DNA from: Bryobacterales bacterium
Lineage (GTDB): Bacteria > Acidobacteriota > Terriglobia > Bryobacterales > Bryobacteraceae
Direction: 5' to 3'
NCBI GenBank assembly: GCA_963728965.1
Contig: CAVSMH010000010.1
Location: 212,573 to 276,572 of the forward strand
Length of the DNA stretch: 64,000 bases
Shown here: piece by piece, positions 1 to 9,330 of the stretch
Numbering within the stretch: position 1 is the first letter of the stretch
How the letters are laid out: the number at the start of each line of letters is the position of its first letter
The notes under the pieces: generated by a model
Databases searched by the model: none
Seen by the model: only the letters and a program-made list of their open reading frames with translations
What the model was told of the DNA's origin: nothing
Translations under genes and position numbers: made by a program

Positions 1-3000
1 CGTCCACGCTCGGCACGGTAGTCGATAGTCGAAAAGTCGCGGATCTTCCTTTGGCGGGCCGCAACCCGCTCGCCCTGGCCAACCTGGTTCCCACGGTCCA
101 GGGGATCGGCAACTTCGGCAGCGAAGTCTACTCCACGTGGAGCATGGGCCAAGTGGTGATTGCCGGTGGCTCGCCGCTCAACAACGGCTTCGTCATCGAT
201 GGAATCGCCAACGAAAAGATGACCGACTACAGCGCCATGGCGTTCCTGCCGGTGGATGCGACGCAGGAGTTCAAGGTCATCGCCAATAACATGTCCGCCG
301 AATATGGCCGCAGCGGCGGCGGCATCATCAGCATGGTCAGTAAGTCGGGCACGAACGAGTTTCACGGCAACCTGTTTGAGTACGTGCGCAATACCGTCTT
401 CAACTCCAACGAGTTTTTCGCCAATAAGGCCGGATCGCCGCGCCCGCCGGTGCACTACAACACCTTCGGCGGAACCCTGGGCGGCCCCATCCGTAGAGAC
501 AAGCTGTTCTTCTTTTTCAATGTCGAGGAGTTCAAGGAGCGCCGCGCCGCATCCCGCACGATTACGGCGCCGGACGCCAGTCAGCGCGCCGGTGACTTCT
601 CGAGCACCTTCGCCGCCACTGGCTCCAGTTGCAGCCAGATCGTGGTCTATGACCCCTCGACCACCCGGGACGATCCCAACCGTAAAGGCCAGTATCTCCG
701 CACGGCGTTCCCCGGCAATCGGATCCCCGCCAGCCAGATCAGCCCCATCGCGGCCGCGATGCTCAAGTACTACCCCAATCCGAATCTCCCCGGATTGCCC
801 TGTTCGGGCGCGCAGAACCTGTTTCAGGCGGCGCCGGTTGCCACCGACAAGAGCAATGTCGGAATCAAAGTCGATTACAACCTCACCTCCACGAAGAGAA
901 TCTCGGGCCGGTTTACGCGGGACTACCTGGATCGGGCCAACTCCAACTATTTCGGGAACATCGCCGACGCCACCGGATACCACGTCCTGATTCCGCGCCG
1001 CACCGCGTTCCTGGAGTACACCGACACGATCACACCCACGCTGCTGCTGGATGCCCGCATCGGTGTGAACCGCGAACAGGAGCAGATCATCTCTCCCAGC
1101 GCCAACTTCGATGTGACCTCGATCGGCTTCTCCCAGTTCTTTGCGGACACCATCCAGAAGGGAATCAAGGGCGCGGGTTTCCCCGCCGTCAGCATCACCG
1201 ACATGAGTAACTTCGGACGCCCCGATTCGACCGGCAACCCGACCGCGACCGGCACCGCCAACGCCACCGTGACCAAAATCCACGGCCGCCACAACATCAA
1301 AGCGGGTTATGAGCAGCGGTTGTATCGCCGCAGCGACTGGGGAACCTCCAACAGTTCCGGCAGCTACGCCTTCAGCCGCAGCTTCTCGCAGGGGCCCGAT
1401 CCCCTCGCCGCCAGCGCCACCGGCGGTTACGGCCTGGCCACCTACCTGCTCGGCACGCCCACCAGCGGGAGCTCCGGCATCACCACCGACACCGCCGTCA
1501 GTATGAACTACTCGGCGGCCTTCCTGCAGGACGACTGGAAAGTCACCAATCGGCTGACGCTGAATCTCGGCCTGCGCTGGGAATACGAAGGTCCTACCAA
1601 GGACCGCCGCAACGTTTTCCCGAATTTCGACCCATCGATTACGAATGCTCTCGCCGCACCGGCGGGCATGCCTGGCCTGAAGGGCGGCTACACCTTCGTG
1701 GGCGCCAACGGGATTCCGAATGGCCTGACCGACCCCAGCCACAAGAACTTCGGTCCGCGCCTTGGATTCGCCTACCAGTTCGATCCCAAGACCGTGATCC
1801 GCGGCGGATACGGCATCAGCTACATTCCAACCTTTGGGCCGGGTGGCACGGCGGCGGGCGCCGGCTTCTCGACCACCACCACCATGGTTACCTCGATCGA
1901 CGGCGGACTCCATCCGTACAACACCCTCGCCAACCCGTTCCCGACCGGGCTCACCCAGCCCAGCGGCAGCAGCCTGGGGACGCTCACCGCGGTTGGACAG
2001 TCGGCCAGCGCGCAGTTGCGCGATACGCGCCGCGGCTATGCCCAGGAATGGAACCTGACTGTCCAGCGCGAACCGTGGGCCAACTGGCTGCTCGAGATTT
2101 CGTGGGTGGGCAACAAGGGAACCCACCTGACTATGTCGCGAGCGCTCGATGCGCTTCCCACCTCGCTCCTCTCGCTCGGCACTCAGCTCACTTCTACCGT
2201 GCCCAACCCGTTTGCCGGCCTGATTACCACCGGCACCCTGGCGGCTGCGACGGTGACGCGCCGGCAGTTGCTGCTGCCCTTCCCGCAATACCTGAGTGTG
2301 TCGAGTAACGCCTATATGGGGGACTCCATCTACAACGCCTTTGCCCTCAAAGTGGAGAAACGGTTCTCGCGCGGCTTCTCGCTGCTCGGCAGCTACGTCT
2401 TCTCGAAGCTGATCGACGACCTGCCGGCAACCGGCCGCCCGGGAGCGGTTCCCGGAACCAGCGTTCAGGACTGGTATAACCTGCGCGGCGAACGGTCTCG
2501 CAGCTACCAGGACATTCCTCAGCGGGTGGTGATGACCGCAACGTGGGAACTTCCGTTCAAGCCCTCCGACCGCATCCTGCGCGGCATCGCAGGCGGCTGG
2601 CAAGTGAACGGCATCTCCACCATTCAGAGCGGAAGACCGATCGCCTTGGCGGCCAGCATCAGCGGCGGCGGCAATCGGCCCAACGTGGTATCCGGCACGA
2701 GCGACCAGCCCACCGGGCAGTCGCTGTTCAATTGGTTCAATACCGCCGCGTTTGCACAGCCCGCCGCGTTTACCCTGGGGACCGTCTCGCGGACTCTGCC
2801 CGACATCAACGGTCCCAGCTTTTTCGATCTGGATGCGTCGCTGTTCAAGTTTTTCCCCATCCGCGAACACATGAAGCTGCAATTCCGCGCGGAAGTGTTC
2901 AACCTGACCAATACACCCAGCTTCGATGTTCCGGGCAGGACCTTTGGTTCCTCCACCTTCGGCGTCGTGACTTCCACCTTGTCGCCGGTGCATACCCGGG

Positions 3001-3032
3001 AAATGCAGCTCGCCTTGCAGTTGATCTTCTGA
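1..3032 (+). CDS. TonB-dependent outer-membrane receptor (5' end cut by window edge)
   Basis: The frame is open from nt 3 (STLGTVVDSRKVADLPLAGRNPLALANL..., plug-domain region), so the N-terminus lies upstream of the window. Long Gly/Asn/Tyr/Thr-rich barrel. Ends ...REMQLALQLIF, with the terminal Phe typical of OM beta-barrels. Confidence 0.85.
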   Translation, partial: STLGTVVDSRKVADLPLAGRNPLALANLVPTVQGIGNFGSEVYSTWSMGQVVIAGGSPLNNGFVIDGIANEKMTDYSAMAFLPVDATQEFKVIANNMSAEYGRSGGGIISMVSKSGTNEFHGNLFEYVRNTVFNSNEFFANKAGSPRPPVHYNTFGGTLGGPIRRDKLFFFFNVEEFKERRAASRTITAPDASQRAGDFSSTFAATGSSCSQIVVYDPSTTRDDPNRKGQYLRTAFPGNRIPASQISPIAAAMLKYYPNPNLPGLPCSGAQNLFQAAPVATDKSNVGIKVDYNLTSTKRISGRFTRDYLDRANSNYFGNIADATGYHVLIPRRTAFLEYTDTITPTLLLDARIGVNREQEQIISPSANFDVTSIGFSQFFADTIQKGIKGAGFPAVSITDMSNFGRPDSTGNPTATGTANATVTKIHGRHNIKAGYEQRLYRRSDWGTSNSSGSYAFSRSFSQGPDPLAASATGGYGLATYLLGTPTSGSSGITTDTAVSMNYSAAFLQDDWKVTNRLTLNLGLRWEYEGPTKDRRNVFPNFDPSITNALAAPAGMPGLKGGYTFVGANGIPNGLTDPSHKNFGPRLGFAYQFDPKTVIRGGYGISYIPTFGPGGTAAGAGFSTTTTMVTSIDGGLHPYNTLANPFPTGLTQPSGSSLGTLTAVGQSASAQLRDTRRGYAQEWNLTVQREPWANWLLEISWVGNKGTHLTMSRALDALPTSLLSLGTQLTSTVPNPFAGLITTGTLAAATVTRRQLLLPFPQYLSVSSNAYMGDSIYNAFALKVEKRFSRGFSLLGSYVFSKLIDDLPATGRPGAVPGTSVQDWYNLRGERSRSYQDIPQRVVMTATWELPFKPSDRILRGIAGGWQVNGISTIQSGRPIALAASISGGGNRPNVVSGTSDQPTGQSLFNWFNTAAFAQPAAFTLGTVSRTLPDINGPSFFDLDASLFKFFPIREHMKLQFRAEVFNLTNTPSFDVPGRTFGSSTFGVVTSTLSPVHTREMQLALQLIF

Positions 3033-3033
3033 T

Positions 3034-4242
3034 ATGCGCCGCGCAGGGCTCCTGGCGTGTTCCGTAGTCGCGCTCTGGCTGCTGGAAGCGTGTGCGCTCC
3101 GGCCGCCGACGCTCCCGGCGGGAGAGCCGCTCCGCGCACGAACGGTCCTGGTGGATGCCACGGTCGGCCAGGACCGGACCTATGCGGCGGCATTCCAGGA
3201 AGTCGAACGGTGGATCGGACAGAAGGCCTTTCCGGGCGCCGTGGTGGCGGTCGGCCAACGCGGCAAGCTGGTGGCTCTCAAGCCGTTCGGGAGGATGGAT
3301 TACTCCAGCCACGCCGACCCGGTCCCGCGCGACGCCGTTTTCGATCTCGCTTCGCTGACCAAAGTGATCGCGACCACTACCGCCGCGGCCATCCTCTACG
3401 ACCGCAAACAACTCGACCTGGACGCGCCGGTCGTCCGCTACCTGCCGGAATTCGCCGGCGTCTCCGGCCACGAGAACGTCCTGGTGCGTCACCTGCTGAC
3501 CCACAGTTCCGGACTGAATTCCCGGCAGGTGCTCTGGAAACAGGCCGGCGACCGGCAGGGCATTCTGAAACTGGCTTTCGCGCTGCCGCTCGAATGGGCT
3601 CCCGGCGAACGAACGCAATACCGCGACTACAACATGATCGTGATGGGCGAGATCATCAACCGCATCACCGGCCAGCGGCTCGATGAATTTGTCGCGCGCA
3701 ACGCGTTCGAGCCCCTGGGCATGCAAGACACCCGCTACAATCCGCCGGCGGAGTGGTTGAGTCGTATCCCTCCTACCGAACAGGACGACGTCCTGCGGCA
3801 CCGCATGGTGCATGGCGTGGTGCATGACGAGAACGCTTTCCTGATGGATGGCGTGAGCGGTCATGCCGGCCTCTTCTCCTCGGCGCGCGATCTTGCTCGC
3901 TTCGCACAAATGTACCTCAACGGCGGCGTCTACGATGGAAAACGCATTTTGAGCGAGGCCACCGTCCGCCGGTTTACGGCACGCCAGGTGTTTCCGATCG
4001 GGACCACGCGCGCGCTGGGGTGGGACACACCGGGCGAAGGCTCGTTTCCCGGCCCCCTCGCCGTGCCGTCCGCCATCATCCACACCGGTTTCACGGGCAC
4101 TTCCATCTACATCGACCGTTCCCGCCAATCATTCATCGTTCTGTTGACGAACCGCGTTCACCCGACCCGGCAGAACCTGCGCATCAACCAGGCTCGGCCC
4201 GCGATTCATACCGCCATCCTTTCCATCCTCGACCATACCTGA
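3034..4242 (+). CDS. Serine hydrolase of the beta-lactamase/esterase fold, probable lipoprotein
   Basis: Lipoprotein-like signal MRRAGLLACSVVALWLLEAC. SxxK nucleophile motif ASLTKVIATT. HTG box (IIHTGFTGTS). Starts 1 nt after the upstream stop. Confidence 0.8.
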   Translation: MRRAGLLACSVVALWLLEACALRPPTLPAGEPLRARTVLVDATVGQDRTYAAAFQEVERWIGQKAFPGAVVAVGQRGKLVALKPFGRMDYSSHADPVPRDAVFDLASLTKVIATTTAAAILYDRKQLDLDAPVVRYLPEFAGVSGHENVLVRHLLTHSSGLNSRQVLWKQAGDRQGILKLAFALPLEWAPGERTQYRDYNMIVMGEIINRITGQRLDEFVARNAFEPLGMQDTRYNPPAEWLSRIPPTEQDDVLRHRMVHGVVHDENAFLMDGVSGHAGLFSSARDLARFAQMYLNGGVYDGKRILSEATVRRFTARQVFPIGTTRALGWDTPGEGSFPGPLAVPSAIIHTGFTGTSIYIDRSRQSFIVLLTNRVHPTRQNLRINQARPAIHTAILSILDHT

Positions 4243-4243
4243 C

Positions 4244-7111
4244 ATGAGATTGACTTGTGCCTTTGGCTATTGCCTGATGGCCGGCTTGCCGATGGTTGCC
4301 GCCGAGCAACCGCCGCACATGCCGATGCCGATCGAATTCCAGAATTCCGCCGAGTTCGGCTGGTTGAACAAGAAGGTGCTGGACTCGCGGCTGCTCGACG
4401 ATATGTCCGATCCAACAACCTGGACCGTGCAGGGGCAGGCCAACGTGATCGGGACTCAGCCGGGCAGTGTCGGCTTGCCGCACGCGCTGCGTGTGGATAT
4501 GGAACTGTCCCGCGAACAGCCCCCGCCCACGCGGAACGGCCTCGCCGCCGTCAATTTGAAACGCTCCTTCGCCGGCGAGGACTGGAGCCGGTACAACCGC
4601 ATTTCGTGCTGGATCCGCCCGGAGTTGTCGGGCTTTCCCATGCTTCCCCTCGAGCTCGTCCTGCGCAACGACGGGAAGGAGAAAGTGCCGGATGTCTACC
4701 ATCGCGAAGGCATTCACTACCTGACTCTCCAGGACCGCAAGTGGCAGCACGTGGTCTGGGAGATCGCACCCCTGGCTCGCGACAAGGTGATCTCGCTCGA
4801 GATCGGCTACTGGGTGAACAAAAGGCTCCCCGATCCGCAGGACCGCGTCGCTTTCGAAATCGCCAGGCTCGAGTTGGAGCGCGTCGAGCCCGACCTCTAC
4901 GAGGGTTGGAATGTGGCTCCCGGCAGAATCTCGTTCAGCCACACCGGATACCAGGCGGGCTCGTCGAAGACCGCGCTGGCGAGCGGTCTTGCGGCCCGCG
5001 AATTCCAGTTGATCCGGCTCGACAACAACGGCGCGGGTGAGGTCGTACTCGCGAAACCGGTGCGCGGCCGGAAAACCCGGTTGGGCGAGTTTCAGGAATT
5101 GGACTTCTCCGAGGTGCGGCGGCCGGGCAGCTACGTGATTCAGGCCGGCGACACCCGCACCCGGCCCTTCCGCATCGATGAAGATGTCTGGAGCGGGACC
5201 ATCTGGAAGACCATCAACTTCTTTTTTGGAGAGCGGTGCGGCTTTGCGGTTCCCGGCTCGCACGATGTGTGTCATCGGGATTGGCAGGCGACGCTCGGCG
5301 ATAAGAAAATCGTCATGAACGGCGGCTGGCACGATGCCGGCGACCTCTCGCAAGGCCTTGTGAACACCGGCGAAGCGGCTTACGCCATGTTCGCCCTCGC
5401 CGAGCGTTTGCAGGCGCGGGGCGACAACCCGGCGTTGTTGCGGAGGCTGATCGAGGAAGCCAGGTGGGGCCTGGCATGGATCCTCAAGGTGCGTTTCGAA
5501 GGCGGCTACCGCATTGGTTTCGCCGGAATGAACATCTGGACGAATGGTATTTTGGGCGATGCCGACGACCGCACACGCGAGGCGCGCAACAATCCTAACG
5601 TGAACTACATCGCTGCCGCAGCCGAAGCCGCCGCCTTTCGCGTGCTGCGGCACAGCCACCCGGAGCTTGCCCGGCAGAGCCTACAGCTTGCGGAGGACGA
5701 CTGGCGCTATGCCATTGCCGGTAAAGAGGGGCCTGAGACCTGGAGCACGCCGGCCTTTGCCGCTTCGCCCATGGAACTGGCGGGCATTGGCGCGCTGGCC
5801 TCGCTCGAGCTGTACCAGGATACCGGCAACGAAACGTACGCCCGGAAAGCCGTCGAGCTGGCCGCGATCATCGTGGCTTCGCAGCAGCGAACCTATGTGG
5901 GCAGCGCGTTCCCGCTCGCCGGTTTCTTTTACACCGGCCCCGATAAGAAGACGCTGTTCCACCAGTTTCATCGCGGCAACGATCAGGCGCCCATCGTGGC
6001 ACTGGCCCGTCTGTGCGCGGCGCTCCCGGATCACCCGGACTGGATGAAGTGGTATTCGGCCGTGGCGCTGTATTCCGAATACCAGAAGACCTCCGTGCAA
6101 GCGACGGCGCCCTACGAGGTGCTGCCCGCGTATGTCTACAAGGATTCGGAGTACCTGGACGTGCCCGCCGAGGGCGGCATGTATCAGGCCACGCGCGCAG
6201 CGTTTCGCGAACAGGTGCTGCACGGCATGCCCATGGGCGGCGGGTACTATCTGAAAGCCTTTCCGGTTTGGTTCGCGCGGCGCGGCAACTACGGCGTGCT
6301 GCTCTCCCAGGCCAAGGCGCTCTCCACCGCCGCCCACCTGCGAGGCGATTGGGACGCCGCCAACCTGGCGCAAAAACAGCTTCAGTGGATCGTGGGCCGC
6401 AACCCGTTCGTGCAGAGCACCATGTACGGCGAAGGATACGATTGGGCCCAGCAGTACAGCGTCTCCTCGGGCGATATCGTCGGCGCCCTACCGGTGGGAA
6501 TGGAAACCCGCGGCTCGAACGACGCGCCCTACTGGCCTTCGCAGAACTGTTACGTGTACAAGGAGGTATGGGTCCACTCGACCGGCCGCTGGCTCTGGCT
6601 GATGCAGGACCTGGCGGGACCGGCGCTCGTCGAAGGCCGCGTGCCGGCGGGAGCTGCCGCTAAAGTGGAGTTCGTCGAACCGTCAACCGGGCGTGTACTG
6701 CCGGTGGATGCGGATCTGTCCGGTTCGTTTCGCTCGTTCGTGCCCGAAGGCAATTACAGCATTCGTTCCGGGATCCGGCAGGTGAGCCTCACGGCGCTCC
6801 CCGGAGGTACCTATGTGGTGGACCTGCGGCCTGGCCGGTCTGTCGATTTTGCCCTCGCGGCCGAAACCGCGCGGAACGGCGAGGTGACCATCCGGCTGAC
6901 GGCAACCGGAGACGGCCGCCACACTTTTGCGCTCCGCGCCGATAATCTCGAGCTGGACCCGTCGGCAAAAGAACTGATGCTGGCCCCCGGCAAAGCGGGC
7001 GCGCTCGTCTGGAAAGCCAGGATGGTGGCGCATGGCGGGCCGTGGGTTTTGGTCGCCGTCGCGGATGAGGACGTATTGCGACGCCGCGAACTGGTGGGTT
7101 CGATCCGATGA
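4244..7111 (+). CDS. Glycoside hydrolase family 9-like protein with accessory beta-rich domains
   Basis: Signal peptide present. GH9-type signature NGGWHDAGDLSQG. Later blocks WIVGRNPFVQSTMYGEGY, GALPVG and YKEVWV resemble the GH9 (alpha/alpha)6 barrel. Assigned by motif recall, not by HMM. Confidence 0.6.
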   Translation: MRLTCAFGYCLMAGLPMVAAEQPPHMPMPIEFQNSAEFGWLNKKVLDSRLLDDMSDPTTWTVQGQANVIGTQPGSVGLPHALRVDMELSREQPPPTRNGLAAVNLKRSFAGEDWSRYNRISCWIRPELSGFPMLPLELVLRNDGKEKVPDVYHREGIHYLTLQDRKWQHVVWEIAPLARDKVISLEIGYWVNKRLPDPQDRVAFEIARLELERVEPDLYEGWNVAPGRISFSHTGYQAGSSKTALASGLAAREFQLIRLDNNGAGEVVLAKPVRGRKTRLGEFQELDFSEVRRPGSYVIQAGDTRTRPFRIDEDVWSGTIWKTINFFFGERCGFAVPGSHDVCHRDWQATLGDKKIVMNGGWHDAGDLSQGLVNTGEAAYAMFALAERLQARGDNPALLRRLIEEARWGLAWILKVRFEGGYRIGFAGMNIWTNGILGDADDRTREARNNPNVNYIAAAAEAAAFRVLRHSHPELARQSLQLAEDDWRYAIAGKEGPETWSTPAFAASPMELAGIGALASLELYQDTGNETYARKAVELAAIIVASQQRTYVGSAFPLAGFFYTGPDKKTLFHQFHRGNDQAPIVALARLCAALPDHPDWMKWYSAVALYSEYQKTSVQATAPYEVLPAYVYKDSEYLDVPAEGGMYQATRAAFREQVLHGMPMGGGYYLKAFPVWFARRGNYGVLLSQAKALSTAAHLRGDWDAANLAQKQLQWIVGRNPFVQSTMYGEGYDWAQQYSVSSGDIVGALPVGMETRGSNDAPYWPSQNCYVYKEVWVHSTGRWLWLMQDLAGPALVEGRVPAGAAAKVEFVEPSTGRVLPVDADLSGSFRSFVPEGNYSIRSGIRQVSLTALPGGTYVVDLRPGRSVDFALAAETARNGEVTIRLTATGDGRHTFALRADNLELDPSAKELMLAPGKAGALVWKARMVAHGGPWVLVAVADEDVLRRRELVGSIR

Positions 7112-9168
7112 GGTTCACCCTCGTTCTATGCGCCGCCGCCACCCTGGTGTCCGCGCAGACGCTTCGCACCGACGCCCGTCTCTCCACGCTGATCCAGGAA
7201 ATTCGCGCGGAGGTGGACGGAAACGAAGCCCTGGATTTCGTCGTTCGCCTGCACCATAGCGACCGGTGGGCCAATTTCGCGAAATTCCAGGAGACCGCCG
7301 ATTCCCTGCAAAAAACGATGACCGCGATCGGCCTCCGCAAGGTGGAGTTGCTCTCCGCTCCCGCCGATGGCGTCACGCAATTCGGCTTCTGGACCATGCC
7401 GCTGGCATGGGATGTGAAACAGGCGCGGCTTGAACTCGTCGAGCCCGCGGCTACTCCCGAGATGCGCGTCCTGGCCGACTACCGCAAGGAGCCGGCATCG
7501 CTCATCATGTGGAGCGGCGCCACGCCTTCGGGCGGCATCACCGCGGACGTGGTCGAACTCGAGCCGGCTACTCTTGCGCAGCTCCACCGTCTCGACGTAA
7601 AGGGAAAGATGGTGCTGGCGCAGGCGCCGCTCGATCTGGCCCAACGTGGTGCGCTCAAAGCCGCCCTCTATCAAATGGGCGCGGCGGGTATGATCAGCGA
7701 TGCCACCGAGAATCCCGACCTGCTGAACAGCCACTACTGGATGAATGCCTGGGGCGACTATGGCTGGGGCTTCACCCGGTCCAGCAGCCCGCTGGTAGGC
7801 TTTTCGATCACGCCGCGACAGGGATCGTACCTTCGCGGCCTGCTGGTGCACGGCACCCGCGTGCGGGTAAAGGCCGTGGCGGACACCCGCTACTATTCCG
7901 GCCCTTACCCCTATGTCACCGGCGTCATCCCCGGAAGCGATTCCGCCGAGGAAGTCCTCGAGCTGGGACACGCCTTCGAACTGGGCGCGCAGGATAACGC
8001 CACCGGAGTCGCCGGCATGCTGGAAGCCCTGGCCACTCTCCAGCGGCTGATCGATACCGGCAGGCTGCCGCGGCCGAGACGTTCCATCCGCATTCTCGCC
8101 ATGCCGGAAGATTATGGTTCGTCGGCATATATCGCCACCCACCGGGACCGAATACAACGGACCGTGGGAGCTATCTGCCTCGACACCGCCGCCGGTCCCT
8201 ACGACGAGACCCCCGGCTACAGCTTTGCCATGAATCCGGACGTGAACCGCTCGTATCAGGATGCGCTGATCATGCGCATCGCCGAGGGTCACTACGCGGG
8301 AATCCCGCGGCGGTTCCCACGCTGGATACCCTACCGCCCAACTTCAGATTCGTTCCTGAGCGACCCCACCATCGGCGTCCCCACCGTGGCCGCGGCAGGC
8401 AGCAGCGGCGCCGTGAACGTGCATCACAACAGCGCCGATACGCTCGACCGCGTGGACCCGCGCTCGCTGCGCGATTTAAGCGCTGTGGTGGCCGGCTTCC
8501 TGTACTATCTGGCGGCGGCTGGAGATCGCGACATCGAGTGGCTGGCCGGCATTACCGTCGACCGGAGCTACGAAAATACCATTCGGGCTGCGGCGCCATT
8601 CTTCGATCGGGTGTCCACGATCACGAGCGTCGAGGCCCTCGGACGGGAGTTGCACGCCGGGCTCGCGAAGATCCGTTACAACTCGGATCGCGACCGCGAA
8701 GCGTTGCTCTCCATGCTTCGGCTGGCATCTTCGGCGGGCCGTGAGAAGATCCGGCCGCTGGTGGACGCATCGGTCGAAAGAGCGCGCCGTTTCGCGGACG
8801 GCGAGTGCGCACGGCTTGTCGAGGCCGTGAACCATCGCGCCGGCGAACTTGGCGTCGCCCCATCCGTAACTCCGGTGGAGCCGCCCGCCGATCCGCGGCG
8901 CGCAGAAGCCGCACAGATCATCGTAAAGCGGAAACGATTCGGGCCGGTGACTCTCGATGATCTCCCGCTTGACCAGCGGGAAGGCTTCCCGGGCTTCGCG
9001 GGCACTCCCGCCCCGCTGCCACTTCTGGTCTGGTGCGATGGAAAGCGAACCCTGGCCGAAGTGATTCGCCTGATCGAACTATCGCAAGGCCGCATGGATT
9101 TCGACTTCGTCGGCTACTTCCGCTTCCTGGCCAGGCACGGCTACGTCGATCTCCTTCCGGCCCATTAA
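7108..9168 (+). CDS. M28-like / DUF4910-type aminopeptidase-like secreted protein
   Basis: Signal peptide MRFTLVLCAAATLVSAQ. M28-like metal-site blocks LELGHAFELGAQDNATGVAGMLEAL and VHHNSADTLDRVD. Small C-terminal domain (GKRTLAEVIRLIEL...FLARHGYVDL). ATGA overlap with the upstream gene (7108-7111). Confidence 0.6.
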   Translation: MRFTLVLCAAATLVSAQTLRTDARLSTLIQEIRAEVDGNEALDFVVRLHHSDRWANFAKFQETADSLQKTMTAIGLRKVELLSAPADGVTQFGFWTMPLAWDVKQARLELVEPAATPEMRVLADYRKEPASLIMWSGATPSGGITADVVELEPATLAQLHRLDVKGKMVLAQAPLDLAQRGALKAALYQMGAAGMISDATENPDLLNSHYWMNAWGDYGWGFTRSSSPLVGFSITPRQGSYLRGLLVHGTRVRVKAVADTRYYSGPYPYVTGVIPGSDSAEEVLELGHAFELGAQDNATGVAGMLEALATLQRLIDTGRLPRPRRSIRILAMPEDYGSSAYIATHRDRIQRTVGAICLDTAAGPYDETPGYSFAMNPDVNRSYQDALIMRIAEGHYAGIPRRFPRWIPYRPTSDSFLSDPTIGVPTVAAAGSSGAVNVHHNSADTLDRVDPRSLRDLSAVVAGFLYYLAAAGDRDIEWLAGITVDRSYENTIRAAAPFFDRVSTITSVEALGRELHAGLAKIRYNSDRDREALLSMLRLASSAGREKIRPLVDASVERARRFADGECARLVEAVNHRAGELGVAPSVTPVEPPADPRRAEAAQIIVKRKRFGPVTLDDLPLDQREGFPGFAGTPAPLPLLVWCDGKRTLAEVIRLIELSQGRMDFDFVGYFRFLARHGYVDLLPAH

Positions 9169-9262
9169 ATCCCAGCCGTACTGCCTGGCGCCGACGCTCC
9201 GCTCCGCCGGGTCGAGCTTCGCCCCGGCGCTCCCCCGCCCTATTGCTCGGCCGCGCCGGATC

Positions 9263-9292
9263 TTGACATTCGGGTGCGAAATGTGACATATT
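9263..9292 (+). promoter_or_regulatory. Candidate sigma70-type promoter for the second TonB receptor
   Basis: Perfect -35 TTGACA (9263-9268), 18-nt spacer, then CATATT (9287-9292) preceded by TG (9284-9285). It lies about 40 nt upstream of ATG 9331. Confidence 0.35.
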
Positions 9293-9330
9293 TGATCCAC
9301 TTTGCAGTCTCGCACGTCCAAGGTTTTCTT

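Noticed and set aside
9274-9330. Upstream GTG start for the second TonB receptor
   Set aside because: It would begin inside the predicted promoter spacer and add a non-signal-like 19 aa. ATG 9331 gives a clean signal peptide.
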